DNA of 32,000 bases, taken from the sequence record OZ375201.1. The stretch is one strand, 5' to 3'. Position numbers and translations under genes: made by a program. Of this stretch, positions 18,549-27,123 are shown in pieces. The notes under the pieces are model-generated. The model was not told the DNA's origin. It saw only the letters and a list, made by a program, of their open reading frames with translations, and searched no databases. Numbering within the stretch: the stretch's first letter is position 1; each line of letters begins with the position of its first letter.

Positions 18549-19135
18549 GGCGACGTAAGCTTTATAAACTATTCACAGATGCAGGTTGCGTTTTTGTAGC
18601 AGATAAAAAAAGGCAGCGTGGAATGTCTAGGGCTAAAATGAGGCACCGTAATATGCCTGGTTACCCATGGAAAGAAACTGAGGGTTTTAAGTTATTCCTT
18701 CTAAATGTAAGGATATTTAGATCTCTTTACGGTCATATGAAGAAAAAAACGTTAAGAAGATTAGCTCGTGAATCGAGTAGAGGTTCTTTCTTACGTTTAA
18801 TCGAAAGTCGTGTAGATGTCCTTCTTATGCGTAGCGGGGTTATCCCTAATATATGGAAAGCAAGGCACCTCATTCATCATGGTCATGTTGAAATAAATGG
18901 GTGCAAGGTTTCTCAACCAGGGTTTGTTGCAAAACCCGGAGATATTATTCAATTAAAGCGGGGTTTTTTAAATAATCAAGTATATCCTTTAACTCAAAAG
19001 GTTTTCCGTAAGAAACCAGAGCACCTTGAAATCGATTATGGTTCTTACCGTATCATTTATTTATATCACCCAGATAGGCTTTGGTATCCTACACGCTTTG
19101 ATTATAATTACGTATGGAAAGGGCTTATAGTTTAA
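18545..19135 (+). CDS. rps4: ribosomal protein S4 (start uncertain: 18545 via ATGA overlap, or 18518)
   Basis: S4 domain RLIESRVDVLLMRSGVIPNIWKARHLIHHGHVEINGCKVSQPGFVAKPGDIIQL. The ATG at 18545 overlaps the rps2 TGA, as at the two other ATGA junctions. Confidence 0.88.
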   Translation: MRRRKLYKLFTDAGCVFVADKKRQRGMSRAKMRHRNMPGYPWKETEGFKLFLLNVRIFRSLYGHMKKKTLRRLARESSRGSFLRLIESRVDVLLMRSGVIPNIWKARHLIHHGHVEINGCKVSQPGFVAKPGDIIQLKRGFLNNQVYPLTQKVFRKKPEHLEIDYGSYRIIYLYHPDRLWYPTRFDYNYVWKGLIV

Positions 19136-19194
19136 TTGGTCAAAACTGACCGCTCATAACGGTCACAATGCAGGTTCAAGTCCTGCTGAGCCTA
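19121..19194 (+). tRNA. trnI(CAU): tRNA-Ile, anticodon CAU (presumably lysidine-modified); overlaps the last 15 nt of rps4
   Basis: GGGCTTA-TA-GTTT-AATTGGTC-AAAC-T-GACCG-CTCATAA-CGGTC-ACAAT-GCAGG-TTCAAGT-CCTGC-TGAGCCT-A. From memory this is close to plant mt trnI(CAU) and to bacterial tRNA-Ile2 acceptor and anticodon arms. Confidence 0.75.
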
Positions 19195-19215
19195 TTTATG
19201 GTAATAAAAAAGTAT

Positions 19216-19287
19216 TGTCCAGAGGTGGAATTGAACCACCGGCCCAAGGATTTTCAATCCTTTGCTCTACCACTGAGCTACCTGGAC
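19216..19287 (-). tRNA. trnF(GAA): tRNA-Phe, anticodon GAA
   Basis: The reverse complement folds as GTCCAGG-TA-GCTC-AGTGGTA-GAGC-A-AAGGA-TTGAAAA-TCCTT-GGGCC-GGTGG-TTCAATT-CCACC-TCTGGAC-A. Confidence 0.92.
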
Positions 19288-19349
19288 TTTTCTTAAAAGA
19301 GGGAAGATTCCCTTTAGAAAAATAAAGGTTTTTAGAAAATATTCTTTTC

Positions 19350-19829
19350 CTAGTTAGATTCCCACCAAACCACAGTGCCTCTGTTACGAGCCATCTTCTT
19401 TTGAAGTTGTAAAAGGCCGTATAAAAGAGCTTCTGCTGTAGGAGGACATCCAGGAACATAAATGTCTACAGGGACTATGCGGTCACAGCCACGTACTACA
19501 GAGTAAGAGTAATGATAATACCCTCCTCCGTTTGCGCAGCTTCCCATAGAAACAACCCATCTTGGGTCAGGCATTTGGTCATAGACTTTTCTAAGAGCAG
19601 GAGCCATTTTATTTGTTAAGGTTCCTGCAACAATCATTACGTCGGATTGGCGTGGGCTTGGCCTGAAAATGATACCAAAACGGTCTAAATCATATCTAGC
19701 AGCCCCCGCATGCATCATTTCTACGGCACAGCAGGCTAAACCGAAGGTCATTGGCCACATCGAACCCTTTTGGGCCCAAAGAACTAGATCATCGGCTTTT
19801 GATAGTGCGTATTCAAGGTTTTTTGTCAT
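19350..19829 (-). CDS. nad10: NADH dehydrogenase subunit 10 (PSST / NuoB, 20 kDa Fe-S subunit)
   Basis: 159-aa [47 protein letters not shown] and VPGCPPT carry the four Cys ligands of cluster N2. Confidence 0.96.
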   Translation of the reverse strand: MTKNLEYALSKADDLVLWAQKGSMWPMTFGLACCAVEMMHAGAARYDLDRFGIIFRPSPRQSDVMIVAGTLTNKMAPALRKVYDQMPDPRWVVSMGSCANGGGYYHYSYSVVRGCDRIVPVDIYVPGCPPTAEALLYGLLQLQKKMARNRGTVVWWESN

Positions 19830-19898
19830 AATATTAAAAGGTTTTCTAAATTATAGACATAGACGCTTTGTGCTCTATGTATCCTTAAATAAAAAAAG

Positions 19899-19971
19899 GG
19901 CGAATAACGAGAATTGAACTCGTATCACCAGAGCCACAACCTGATACTTTAACCATTAAGCTATACTCGCC
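19899..19971 (-). tRNA. trnH(GUG): tRNA-His, anticodon GUG, with encoded G-1 opposite C73
   Basis: The reverse complement folds as g-GCGAGTA-TA-GCTT..AAGT-A-TCAGG-TTGTGGC-TCTGG-TGAT-ACGAG-TTCAATT-CTCGT-TATTCGC-C. Confidence 0.88.
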
Positions 19972-19974
19972 GTT

Positions 19975-20003
19975 CTTTCCTTATAAGGGTGCACACCAGG
20001 ACC
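19975..20003 (-). repeat. minus-strand copy of the dispersed motif, ending 3 nt upstream of trnH
   Basis: The reverse complement reads ggtcctggtgtgcacccttataaggaaag. Confidence 0.8.
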
Positions 20004-20066
20004 ATAAAGAGGATTTAACGAGGATATAGGGTTTGGGAGTAAGCATTTAAATAAGAATTCTTCTAT

Positions 20067-20137
20067 GGTTAGATAACATAATGGCAATGTATTGGATTGC
20101 AAATCCTAGAATGGCGGTTCGATTCCGCCTCTAACCT
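20067..20137 (+). tRNA. trnC(GCA): tRNA-Cys, anticodon GCA
   Basis: Acceptor GGTTAGA/TCTAACC, anticodon arm TTGGA-TTGCAAA-TCCTA, T arm GGCGG-TTCGATT-CCGCC. Confidence 0.88.
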
Positions 20138-20216
20138 CTCCGTGAAGGAAAGTTAATTTCTAATATTTTAAATGTTGAAGCTTTATAAAGCTTAAATAAA
20201 AAAAAGAAAAAATAAG

Positions 20217-20606
20217 ATGGTATACCTTGCAAACGTTTATCTTGAAGAAAATAAGTTCGTTTATAAAGCGCTTCAAGATATCCGAGGAATTGGAGAAGCA
20301 ACTGCTCGTAGGATATGTGCACGTTGTGAAATAGGTTTGGATATAAAAGTAAGTTCTTTAAAATACGAAGAGACTCGTGTTTTAGGAAAAGAAGTAGATA
20401 GGTTAGATAAACTAGAAACAAAGCTGTCTAGAAAAGTCCAAGAAGATATAAAGCGTTTGGTTAGGATAAAGACGTACCGAGGTCGTCGCCATACACAAAA
20501 TTTACCATGCCGAGGGCAACGAACACACCGTAACGCGCAAACGCGTAAAAGTTTTGATTGGCGAACAATAGGTTTAGGCTCATCAAGGAAAAAAAGGGCG
20601 GAATAG
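20217..20606 (+). CDS. rps13: ribosomal protein S13
   Basis: 129-aa ORF. ALQDIRGIGEATARRIC and YRGRRHTQNLPCRGQRTHRNAQTRK are typical of S13. Confidence 0.93.
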   Translation: MVYLANVYLEENKFVYKALQDIRGIGEATARRICARCEIGLDIKVSSLKYEETRVLGKEVDRLDKLETKLSRKVQEDIKRLVRIKTYRGRRHTQNLPCRGQRTHRNAQTRKSFDWRTIGLGSSRKKRAE

Positions 20607-20670
20607 TTCAGATGGTCAGAACAGCAGAATCATAATCTGGAGGTCGGGGGTTCAAGTCCCTCTTCCGCTA
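20597..20670 (+). tRNA. trnM(CAU): elongator tRNA-Met, anticodon CAU (assigned by elimination); overlaps the last 10 nt of rps13
   Basis: GGCGGAA-TA-GTTC-AGATGGTCA-GAAC-A-GCAGA-ATCATAA-TCTGG-AGGTC-GGGGG-TTCAAGT-CCCTC-TTCCGCT-A. Confidence 0.7.
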
Positions 20671-20679
20671 TAAAAGTTC

Positions 20680-22376
20680 TCAAAACAAGGCTAGACAAAA
20701 AAAAGAGAATGGACGTATATTAACGATAAAGAATCAGTAGGCAATACCCGAGAATCGATTCAAGTCCAAAGGAAAACCGTAAAGAAGAAAACTTAGAGAA
20801 TTGAAACATCTTAGTATCTAAGGAATAAAATCAACCGAGTCTTTGTGAGTAGTGGCGAATGAAAACAAAGTAAGAAGGCTAAGAAATTTATAAATTATTA
20901 AGTAAAACTACAGAAAGAATTGCCAGAGCGAGTGAAAGCCTCGTGGTCTAATAATATAATTTCATAAAAGTAGGGCGGTTAAAAATCTGTCTGAAAAAAG
21001 GGGGACCACCCTCTAAGCCTTAAATAATTTTTTTTGATCGATAGCGAAAAAGTACCGTGAGGGAAAGCTGAAAACTACCCTGATAAGGGATTGAAATAGA
21101 AGAAAAAATTGAGAATTGACAAACAGTAGAAAGACCTAAAAGAGGGAATTTCTACGTACTTTTTGCATAACGGATCAGCGAGTTAGTTTCTAAAACAGGC
21201 TTAAACAATAATGTGTAAGCGTAAGGAAAGTAAATAAAAGTTTTAGGAAAAAGACCCGAACCTAAGTGATCTAAGTATGAGCAGGTTGAAGCTTCATGAA
21301 AGTGAAGTGAAGGACCGAACCCACGGGCGTTGCAATGCTCGGGGAAGACTTGTGCTTAGGGGTGAAAGGCCAATCAAACTTAGATCTAGCTGGTTTTCCC
21401 CGAAATCTATTGAGGTAGAGCACTTTTTAATCATCCTATGGGGTAGAGCACTTCATGGGTGTGGGGGGCGTAAAGCTTTACCATTTCCAAGAAAACTCCG
21501 AATACGTAAGGATGGAAAAAGAAGACAGGCTTTGGGCGCAAAGGTGCGGAGCCGAGAGGGAAAGAGCCCAGATTAATAGCTAAGGTCTTAAATCTCTTTC
21601 TAAGTGGGAAAGGAATAATATGTGCGAAGTCAACTTCCAGGTGGGCTTAGAGGCAGCCACTCCGTAGAGGAAAGCGTAACAGCTCATTGATTTAGCCATG
21701 GTTGACCAAAAATGTAACGAGTCTCAAGAAAGAAACCGAAGCTAAAAAATTAATATTGATAGGGGAACGTTGTGTGTGCCGTTGACTATTCTTTTGAAAA
21801 AGAAACAAGAGGTCTCACAAGTGACTATGCTGATATGAGTAACGAAAAATCGTGTGAAATGCACGTTCACTGAAACTTCAAGGTTTTCTACGTTAGGTGA
21901 ATCTGCGTAGAGTTAAACGGCCCCTAAGAGAATGCCGAAAGGATAACTCGATGGGAAATTCTTTTGAAAGATTGGTGATAGATTTTATTGTTCTTTGTTG
22001 GAGAAAAAACAAAAAAGATTGAATCAACAGGAAAAACCAAAAGAAAAAGACCGTACTATAAACCGCCACTGGTGAAGGAGTAGAAATCTACTAAAGTGAT
22101 CGAAAGAACCATTCTTAAGGAACTCGGCAAAATGACCCCGTAACTTAGGAAGAAGGGGGACCTGTTAAATCTATAAGGTTTAAAGGTGGCACGAAATCGG
22201 GGGTAGCAACTGTTTAACAAAAACACAAGACTTTGCTAAGTCTCAAGACGACGTATAAGGTCTGACACCTGCCCGGTGCTGCAAGCTAAAAGGGAAAAGT
22301 GAAGGATCTTTTTAGATCTGGAGCTTGGAACTGATTGTTCAGTAAACGGCGGTCGTAACTCTAACGATCCTAAGGT
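20680..22376 (+). rRNA. rrnL: large subunit (23S-like) rRNA, exon 1; 5' end approximate
   Basis: gaattgaaacatcttagtatctaaggaataaaatcaaccgag...agtagtggcgaa matches the 23S domain I signature. The exon ends ...ggcggtcgtaactctaacgatcctaaggt (helix 69-71 region). Confidence 0.93.
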
Positions 22377-23038
22377 GAATAACGCTGCCTTAGTAAAACT
22401 AGACCATATGCTGGAACATCCTCAAAAACTTTGGTCTACTCGTTTAATCTTTTTGTATAAATTAAGTAAGGTTAAGCAGTAAAAATGACAAAGACAAGGG
22501 GACAATCAGCAGGAAAGACTTTCAATGGCTATAATGCCTCTAAATTGAAAGAATCCTCAGAGACTTTATGTCTAGAAGAAACGAAAATGAATCTAGATCC
22601 AAAATGGGTAGTAGGTTTTGTAGATGGCGAAGGATGTTTCCATATCGGCATTTCAAAACACGCTTCAATGAAACTAGGAGTTCAGGTTTTACCTGAATTT
22701 GTAGTTACTCAGCATAAAAGAGATGTGCAAGTACTTTATGGTTTAAAGGCCTTTTTTAAATGCGGCGTAGTGCGCCAAGAAAAAGAAAATATCTTTTGTT
22801 ATCGAGTAAGAGACCGCAAGTGTCTTGAAACGCAAATAATTTCCTTTTTTGAGAGGCACAAATTAAAAACAAAGAAACGAATTGACTTTTTGAAGTTTCG
22901 TCGTGTTTTAAAGATGATGTCTGAAGGTTTACATTTAAGTACTGAGGGTTTAGAAGAAATTCGAATCTTAAGAGAAAGTCCGGCCACTAAGGAAACTTAA
23001 GTGGGATATATATTTTTTTGAATAAATATATTAAAACG
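22377..23038 (+). mobile_element. group I intron in rrnL (after the U equivalent to E. coli 23S ~1931, by my alignment from memory)
   Basis: The exon sequence CCTAAGGT|AGCGAAATTCC is interrupted by 662 nt. The 5' exon ends in U, which wobble-pairs with G in a P1 helix (ctaaggt at 22370-22376 with gccttag at 22387-22393). The intron ends in G. A P2 candidate is tagacca/tggtcta. Q-like aatcagcagg and R-like tcagagact motifs are present. Confidence 0.85.
22587..23000 (+). CDS. LAGLIDADG homing endonuclease (single-motif type); alternative upstream start at 22485
   Basis: WVVGFVDGEGCFHI motif, then ...VTQHKRDVQVLYGLKAFFKCG...ISFFERHKLKTKKRIDFLKF...LSTEGLEEIRILRE, typical of the LAGLIDADG_1 family. 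The 22485-22586 segment carries ribozyme-core-like motifs. Confidence 0.85.
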   Translation: MNLDPKWVVGFVDGEGCFHIGISKHASMKLGVQVLPEFVVTQHKRDVQVLYGLKAFFKCGVVRQEKENIFCYRVRDRKCLETQIISFFERHKLKTKKRIDFLKFRRVLKMMSEGLHLSTEGLEEIRILRESPATKET

Positions 23039-23945
23039 AGCGAAATTCCTTGTCCACTAATTATGGACCTGCATGAATGGTGTAATGACTGCCCCGCTGT
23101 CTCAAGAATGGATTCGGTGAAATTGAATTCTCCGTGAAGATGCGGAGTATCCACGCCTAGACGGGAAGACCCTGTGCTTCTTTACTATAACCTTTTATTG
23201 AAACCTGTTTTTTTATGTGTAGCATAAGTGGGAGACCCTTTTTGGGTCGTCAGTGAAATACCACTCTTAATTAAGCGGGAATCTAACCTTTTTTAAGGAA
23301 CATTGAATGGTGGGTAGTTTGACTGGGGTGGTCGCCTCCTAAAGGGTAACGGAGGTGTACGAAGGTAGGTTCAATTGGATTAGAAACCCTTTTTTGAGTG
23401 TAACGATATAAACTTGCTTGACTGTGAGATAGACATATCGAACAGGGACGAAAGTCGGTCGTAGTGATCCGGGAGTCCTTTGTGGAAAGGCTCTCGCTCA
23501 ACGAATCAAAGAAACGCCAGGGATAACAGGCTGATGGCTCCCAAGAGTTCTTATCGACGGAGTTGTTTGGCACCTCGATGTTGATTCATTGCGTCCTGGA
23601 GGTGAAGACGCTTCCAAGGGTTCGGCTGTTCGCCGATTAAAGCAGTACGTGAGTTGAGTTCAGAACGTTGTGAAACAGTTCGGTTCCTATCTAGCGTTGA
23701 TTATTAAAAATTAAGAGGATTTCTCTCTAGTACGAGAGGATCGAGATTAAACTGACCTATGGTTCATCGGTTGTTTTGCCATATGCATTGCCGACACGCT
23801 ACGTCTGTACGGATAACCGCTGACAGCTTCTAAGCGGGAAGTCGTCCTCAAAACTTATTTTTATTTTCGTAGAAGATTATTACGTTAATAGGCAAAGTTT
23901 TTCTCTTTAGCAATAAAGATTTTACTTTGTACTAAAAAAAATATA
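23039..23945 (+). rRNA. rrnL: large subunit rRNA, exon 2; 3' end approximate
   Basis: agcgaaattccttgtcc...gacgggaagaccctgtg...gggataacaggctgat...cacctcgatgttg...ggctgttcgcc...agtacgagagga... gives continuous domain IV-VI signatures with no further interruption. Confidence 0.93.
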
Positions 23946-24052
23946 AAAAACATATCAAAATCCTTAAGACATTGTCTTTTGGTTTTGACTCATCGATTTA
24001 TTGGTGACTAAGTACAGCTTTAAAGCGCTGTAAAGAAATAAAAAAAAAGAAC

Positions 24053-25345
24053 ATGAAAAAAGAATTAGAAATTCTTGAATTTCATAGAAATAATGGTTTT
24101 GGTGCAAGCGAAAATCAAAGTAATGAGTTTGTGAAAGATTTCATGAGCTCAGGAAAATCATTTATACCGGAAATTGAACAGGAAAAAACTGGTTCTAAAA
24201 GACTTTCGGTGCTTAACCAACCTGCTCTGTCATTAGTGACAGATCATTTAATAGATTATCCTGCACCACTTAATATAAACTACTTCTGGAGTTTTGGTTC
24301 ATTAGCAGGTATTTGCCTGGTTGTCCAGCTTGCTTCAGGAATCTTTTTAGCTATGCACTACACACCTCATGTAGATCTAGCTTTTTTAAGTGTTGAGCAC
24401 ATTATGCGTGATGTGGAAGGAGGTTGGCTTCTTCGTTATCTTCATGCAAATGGTGCAAGTATGTTCTTTATTATGGTGTATATCCATATGTTCCGAGGGC
24501 TTTTTTACGCAAGTTATGTAAGCCCTAGAGAAACCGTATGGTGTGTAGGTGTTGTAATTCTTCTTCTGATGATTCTGACAGCCTTTATTGGTTATGTTTT
24601 ACCTTGGGGGCAGATGAGCTTCTGGGGAGCAACTGTTATTACATCTTTAGCAAGTGCAATTCCTATTGTAGGGGATTCTATCGTTACTTGGCTATGGGGA
24701 GGATTCTCTGTGGATAATGCGACATTAAACCGATTCTTCAGTTTACATTATCTTCTTCCTTTTATCATCGCAGGTGCATCTATTGTTCATATTGCTGCAC
24801 TTCACCAATATGGTTCAAATAACCCATTAGGTCTTCACGCTGTTGTAGATAAAATGAGTTTTTATCCTTATTGTTTTGTTAAGGATGTGGTTGCTTGGGT
24901 TACTTTTGGGATCTTCTTCTCAGTTTTTGTATATTTTGCTCCTAACTTTCTAGGACACCCAGATAACTATATTCCTGCAAACCCTATGTCTACACCTGCT
25001 CACATTGTGCCAGAGTGGTATTTCCTATGGGTTTATGCTATTCTACGTAGTATTCCTAATAAACTTGGAGGTGTTGCAGCTATACTTGCAGTATTTGTTT
25101 GTCTTCTAGCATTACCTTGGCTACAAGGAAGTGAAGTAAGAAGTTCATTGTTCCGACCTATCCATAAAAAACTATTTTGGCTTCTTTTAGCTGATTGTGT
25201 TATTTTAGGTTGGATTGGAATGAAGCCTGTTGAAACACCTTTTGTAGAAGTAGGTCAAATTGCGTCTGTTTACTTTTTTGTCCATTTTCTTATTTTTATC
25301 CCCATTCTTGGTCGATTAGAGTCTAAATATTTAAGAAGTTTATAA
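24053..25345 (+). CDS. cob: apocytochrome b (start uncertain; alternative ATG at 24143)
   Basis: 430-aa ORF. The conserved region starts at ...[21 protein letters not shown] and is highly plant-like ([27 protein letters not shown]). About 45 extra N-terminal residues. Confidence 0.96.
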   Translation: MKKELEILEFHRNNGFGASENQSNEFVKDFMSSGKSFIPEIEQEKTGSKRLSVLNQPALSLVTDHLIDYPAPLNINYFWSFGSLAGICLVVQLASGIFLAMHYTPHVDLAFLSVEHIMRDVEGGWLLRYLHANGASMFFIMVYIHMFRGLFYASYVSPRETVWCVGVVILLLMILTAFIGYVLPWGQMSFWGATVITSLASAIPIVGDSIVTWLWGGFSVDNATLNRFFSLHYLLPFIIAGASIVHIAALHQYGSNNPLGLHAVVDKMSFYPYCFVKDVVAWVTFGIFFSVFVYFAPNFLGHPDNYIPANPMSTPAHIVPEWYFLWVYAILRSIPNKLGGVAAILAVFVCLLALPWLQGSEVRSSLFRPIHKKLFWLLLADCVILGWIGMKPVETPFVEVGQIASVYFFVHFLIFIPILGRLESKYLRSL

Positions 25346-25365
25346 TATACTAAACTCTTTATATT

Positions 25366-25743
25366 ATGCCTACAATAAATCAAATACTCCGTCATAAAAG
25401 AGTGAGTCCGAAAAAGGGAAGAGGTAAACTTTTAGGTCTTAAAGGTTCGCCTACAAGAAAAGGCGTGTGTGTTCGTGTTTTTACTAGAACACCTAAAAAG
25501 CCTAATTCCGCTCTTCGGAAACTAGCTAAAGTACGCTTAAGTTCGGGATATAGTGTTTTTGCCTATATTCCGGGTGAGGGGCATAAATTGCAAGAACACT
25601 CTGTTGTGTCTGTTCGAGGTGGAAGGGTTAAAGATTTACCAGGCGTTAAATACCACTGTGTTCGGGGCTTGTATGATCTTGGACCCTTACCTCAACGCCG
25701 ACAGAAACGCTCTAAATACGGAACAAAAAAACCAAAAAACTAA
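25366..25743 (+). CDS. rps12: ribosomal protein S12
   Basis: [12 protein letters not shown]...[18 protein letters not shown]...[17 protein letters not shown], the canonical S12. Confidence 0.97.
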   Translation: MPTINQILRHKRVSPKKGRGKLLGLKGSPTRKGVCVRVFTRTPKKPNSALRKLAKVRLSSGYSVFAYIPGEGHKLQEHSVVSVRGGRVKDLPGVKYHCVRGLYDLGPLPQRRQKRSKYGTKKPKN

Positions 25744-25746
25744 GAA

Positions 25747-26319
25747 ATGACTAAAAAAAGAAAAGGGAAAAAAGAAATTAAACCTCTAGTCTACGGGGAT
25801 TTTCCTTCAAAGAAAACTCAAGGGAAAGAGGATTTAATGCGCCTCGTACGTTTATGTATGAAAGACGGAAAGCTTCATAAAGCGTATAAGATTATCCAAA
25901 AGGCTTTTTTAAATATGAAGTCTGATGGACGTTGGCCAAAAGGGGTGACAAGTATGGATTTTTTTGAAAGGGCTGTTGATTTGGCATCACCTTTGGTAAG
26001 TGTTCGTAATGTTCGTGTTAAGGGTGTGCTTTATCAAGTACCAGGCCCTTTAAGTCCTGCTAAAAGCCGTGGTTTGGGTCTTAGATGGATCTTAGAAGGA
26101 GCTAAACGAAATAGTTTTAATCGATCCGCTTTTCATATTGGTCTAAGTCGTGAACTTCTTGATCTTTATCACCAAAGTGGATATGCTTTCAATAAACGTT
26201 TGGAACTTCATAAGCTCGCTGAAGAGAATCGTCCTTTTTCCCATTTCCGATGGTGGTATAAGAGAAAGGGTAAGAAAACAAGGGTGAAAACTTTGAGAAA
26301 TGATCGTATGGGAGCATAA
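25747..26319 (+). CDS. rps7: ribosomal protein S7
   Basis: 190-aa ORF immediately after rps12 (str-operon order). S7-like segments (MKDGKLHKAYKI, VRNVRVKGVLYQVP, ...ELLDLYHQSGYAFNKRLELHKLAEENR). Confidence 0.88.
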   Translation: MTKKRKGKKEIKPLVYGDFPSKKTQGKEDLMRLVRLCMKDGKLHKAYKIIQKAFLNMKSDGRWPKGVTSMDFFERAVDLASPLVSVRNVRVKGVLYQVPGPLSPAKSRGLGLRWILEGAKRNSFNRSAFHIGLSRELLDLYHQSGYAFNKRLELHKLAEENRPFSHFRWWYKRKGKKTRVKTLRNDRMGA

Positions 26320-26392
26320 AAACTGCCCTTGATCAAGTATTGAAAAAATACATTCCTCAGAAAAAAGGAAAACCTTTAAAATATTTAAGTAG

Positions 26393-26959
26393 ATGAAAGT
26401 CTTTCTTAGGCATATGATGCTTATGCTTCCTGGTTTAATCCGGGAAATTCACATGCAGAGAAATGAAGGTATTATCTGTGTAGACCCTGAAAATGTAACA
26501 AAAGTTCTTACTTTTTTACGTGATCATAGTCCATGCCAATATAAGCTTCTTGTTGAACTTTGTGGTGCAGATTACCCTTCTGAAGAAAAACGCTTCGAAG
26601 TTGTTTATGAATTATTAAGCGTTGCTTCTAATACACGTATTCGTGTTAAGACATCAGTGGATGAATTCAATGGTGTTCCATCAGTTTGTTCTATTTTTAA
26701 CAATGCCGGATGGGCAGAACGTGAAGCTTGGGATCTTTATGGTATCTTCTTTAAAGGTCACCCAGATTTACGTCGAATTCTTACTGATTACGGTTTTGAA
26801 GGTTATCCTTTACGAAAAGATTTTCCTTTAAGCGGCTTTACTGAAGTACGTTATGACGAAACAACAAAGCGTGTTATTTATGAACCTTTAGAAATGCCCC
26901 AGGAGTTCCGAAGTTTTGACTTACAAACACCTTGGAACCCTCTAATCCATCAAGATTAG
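26393..26959 (+). CDS. nad9: NADH dehydrogenase subunit 9 (30 kDa / NuoC); start codon choice uncertain
   Basis: [65 protein letters not shown]. Confidence 0.95.
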   Translation: MKVFLRHMMLMLPGLIREIHMQRNEGIICVDPENVTKVLTFLRDHSPCQYKLLVELCGADYPSEEKRFEVVYELLSVASNTRIRVKTSVDEFNGVPSVCSIFNNAGWAEREAWDLYGIFFKGHPDLRRILTDYGFEGYPLRKDFPLSGFTEVRYDETTKRVIYEPLEMPQEFRSFDLQTPWNPLIHQD

Positions 26960-27123
26960 TCTACAGGCTTTTTAAAATAAAAAAGTACTCTGAAAAGAGA
27001 AAAAACTTAAAATACTAAAAATAAGTTCATCTTTATAAAAAGTTGAATATTCTATAAGGGTTTTGTATATTTTCTTTTTTATAAGAAAGGAGAAAACCTA
27101 GAAACAAAAAAATAGAAACTCAC

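Noticed and set aside
19196-19459. 87-aa minus-strand ORF overlapping trnF and the 3' end of nad10
   Set aside because: It is an alternative frame over a well-supported tRNA and over nad10, with no motifs.
21277-21576. 99-aa + strand ORF
   Set aside because: It lies inside rrnL exon 1 (conserved 23S domain II sequence). The Arg/Gly-rich translation is typical of a spurious rRNA-embedded ORF.
22485-22586. Upstream 34 codons of the tracked LAGLIDADG ORF
   Set aside because: This segment contains group I core-like Q and R motifs and precedes the expected N-terminus of a single-motif LAGLIDADG protein. It is kept only as an alternative start.
23283-23573. 96-aa minus-strand ORF
   Set aside because: It is antisense to conserved rrnL domain V sequence (gggataacaggctgat...), so it is spurious.
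24013-24032. Small hairpin tacagc-tttaaagc-gctgta upstream of cob
   Set aside because: A 6-bp stem in an AT-rich spacer is within chance expectation and has no second copy elsewhere. It is not reported as a regulatory feature.
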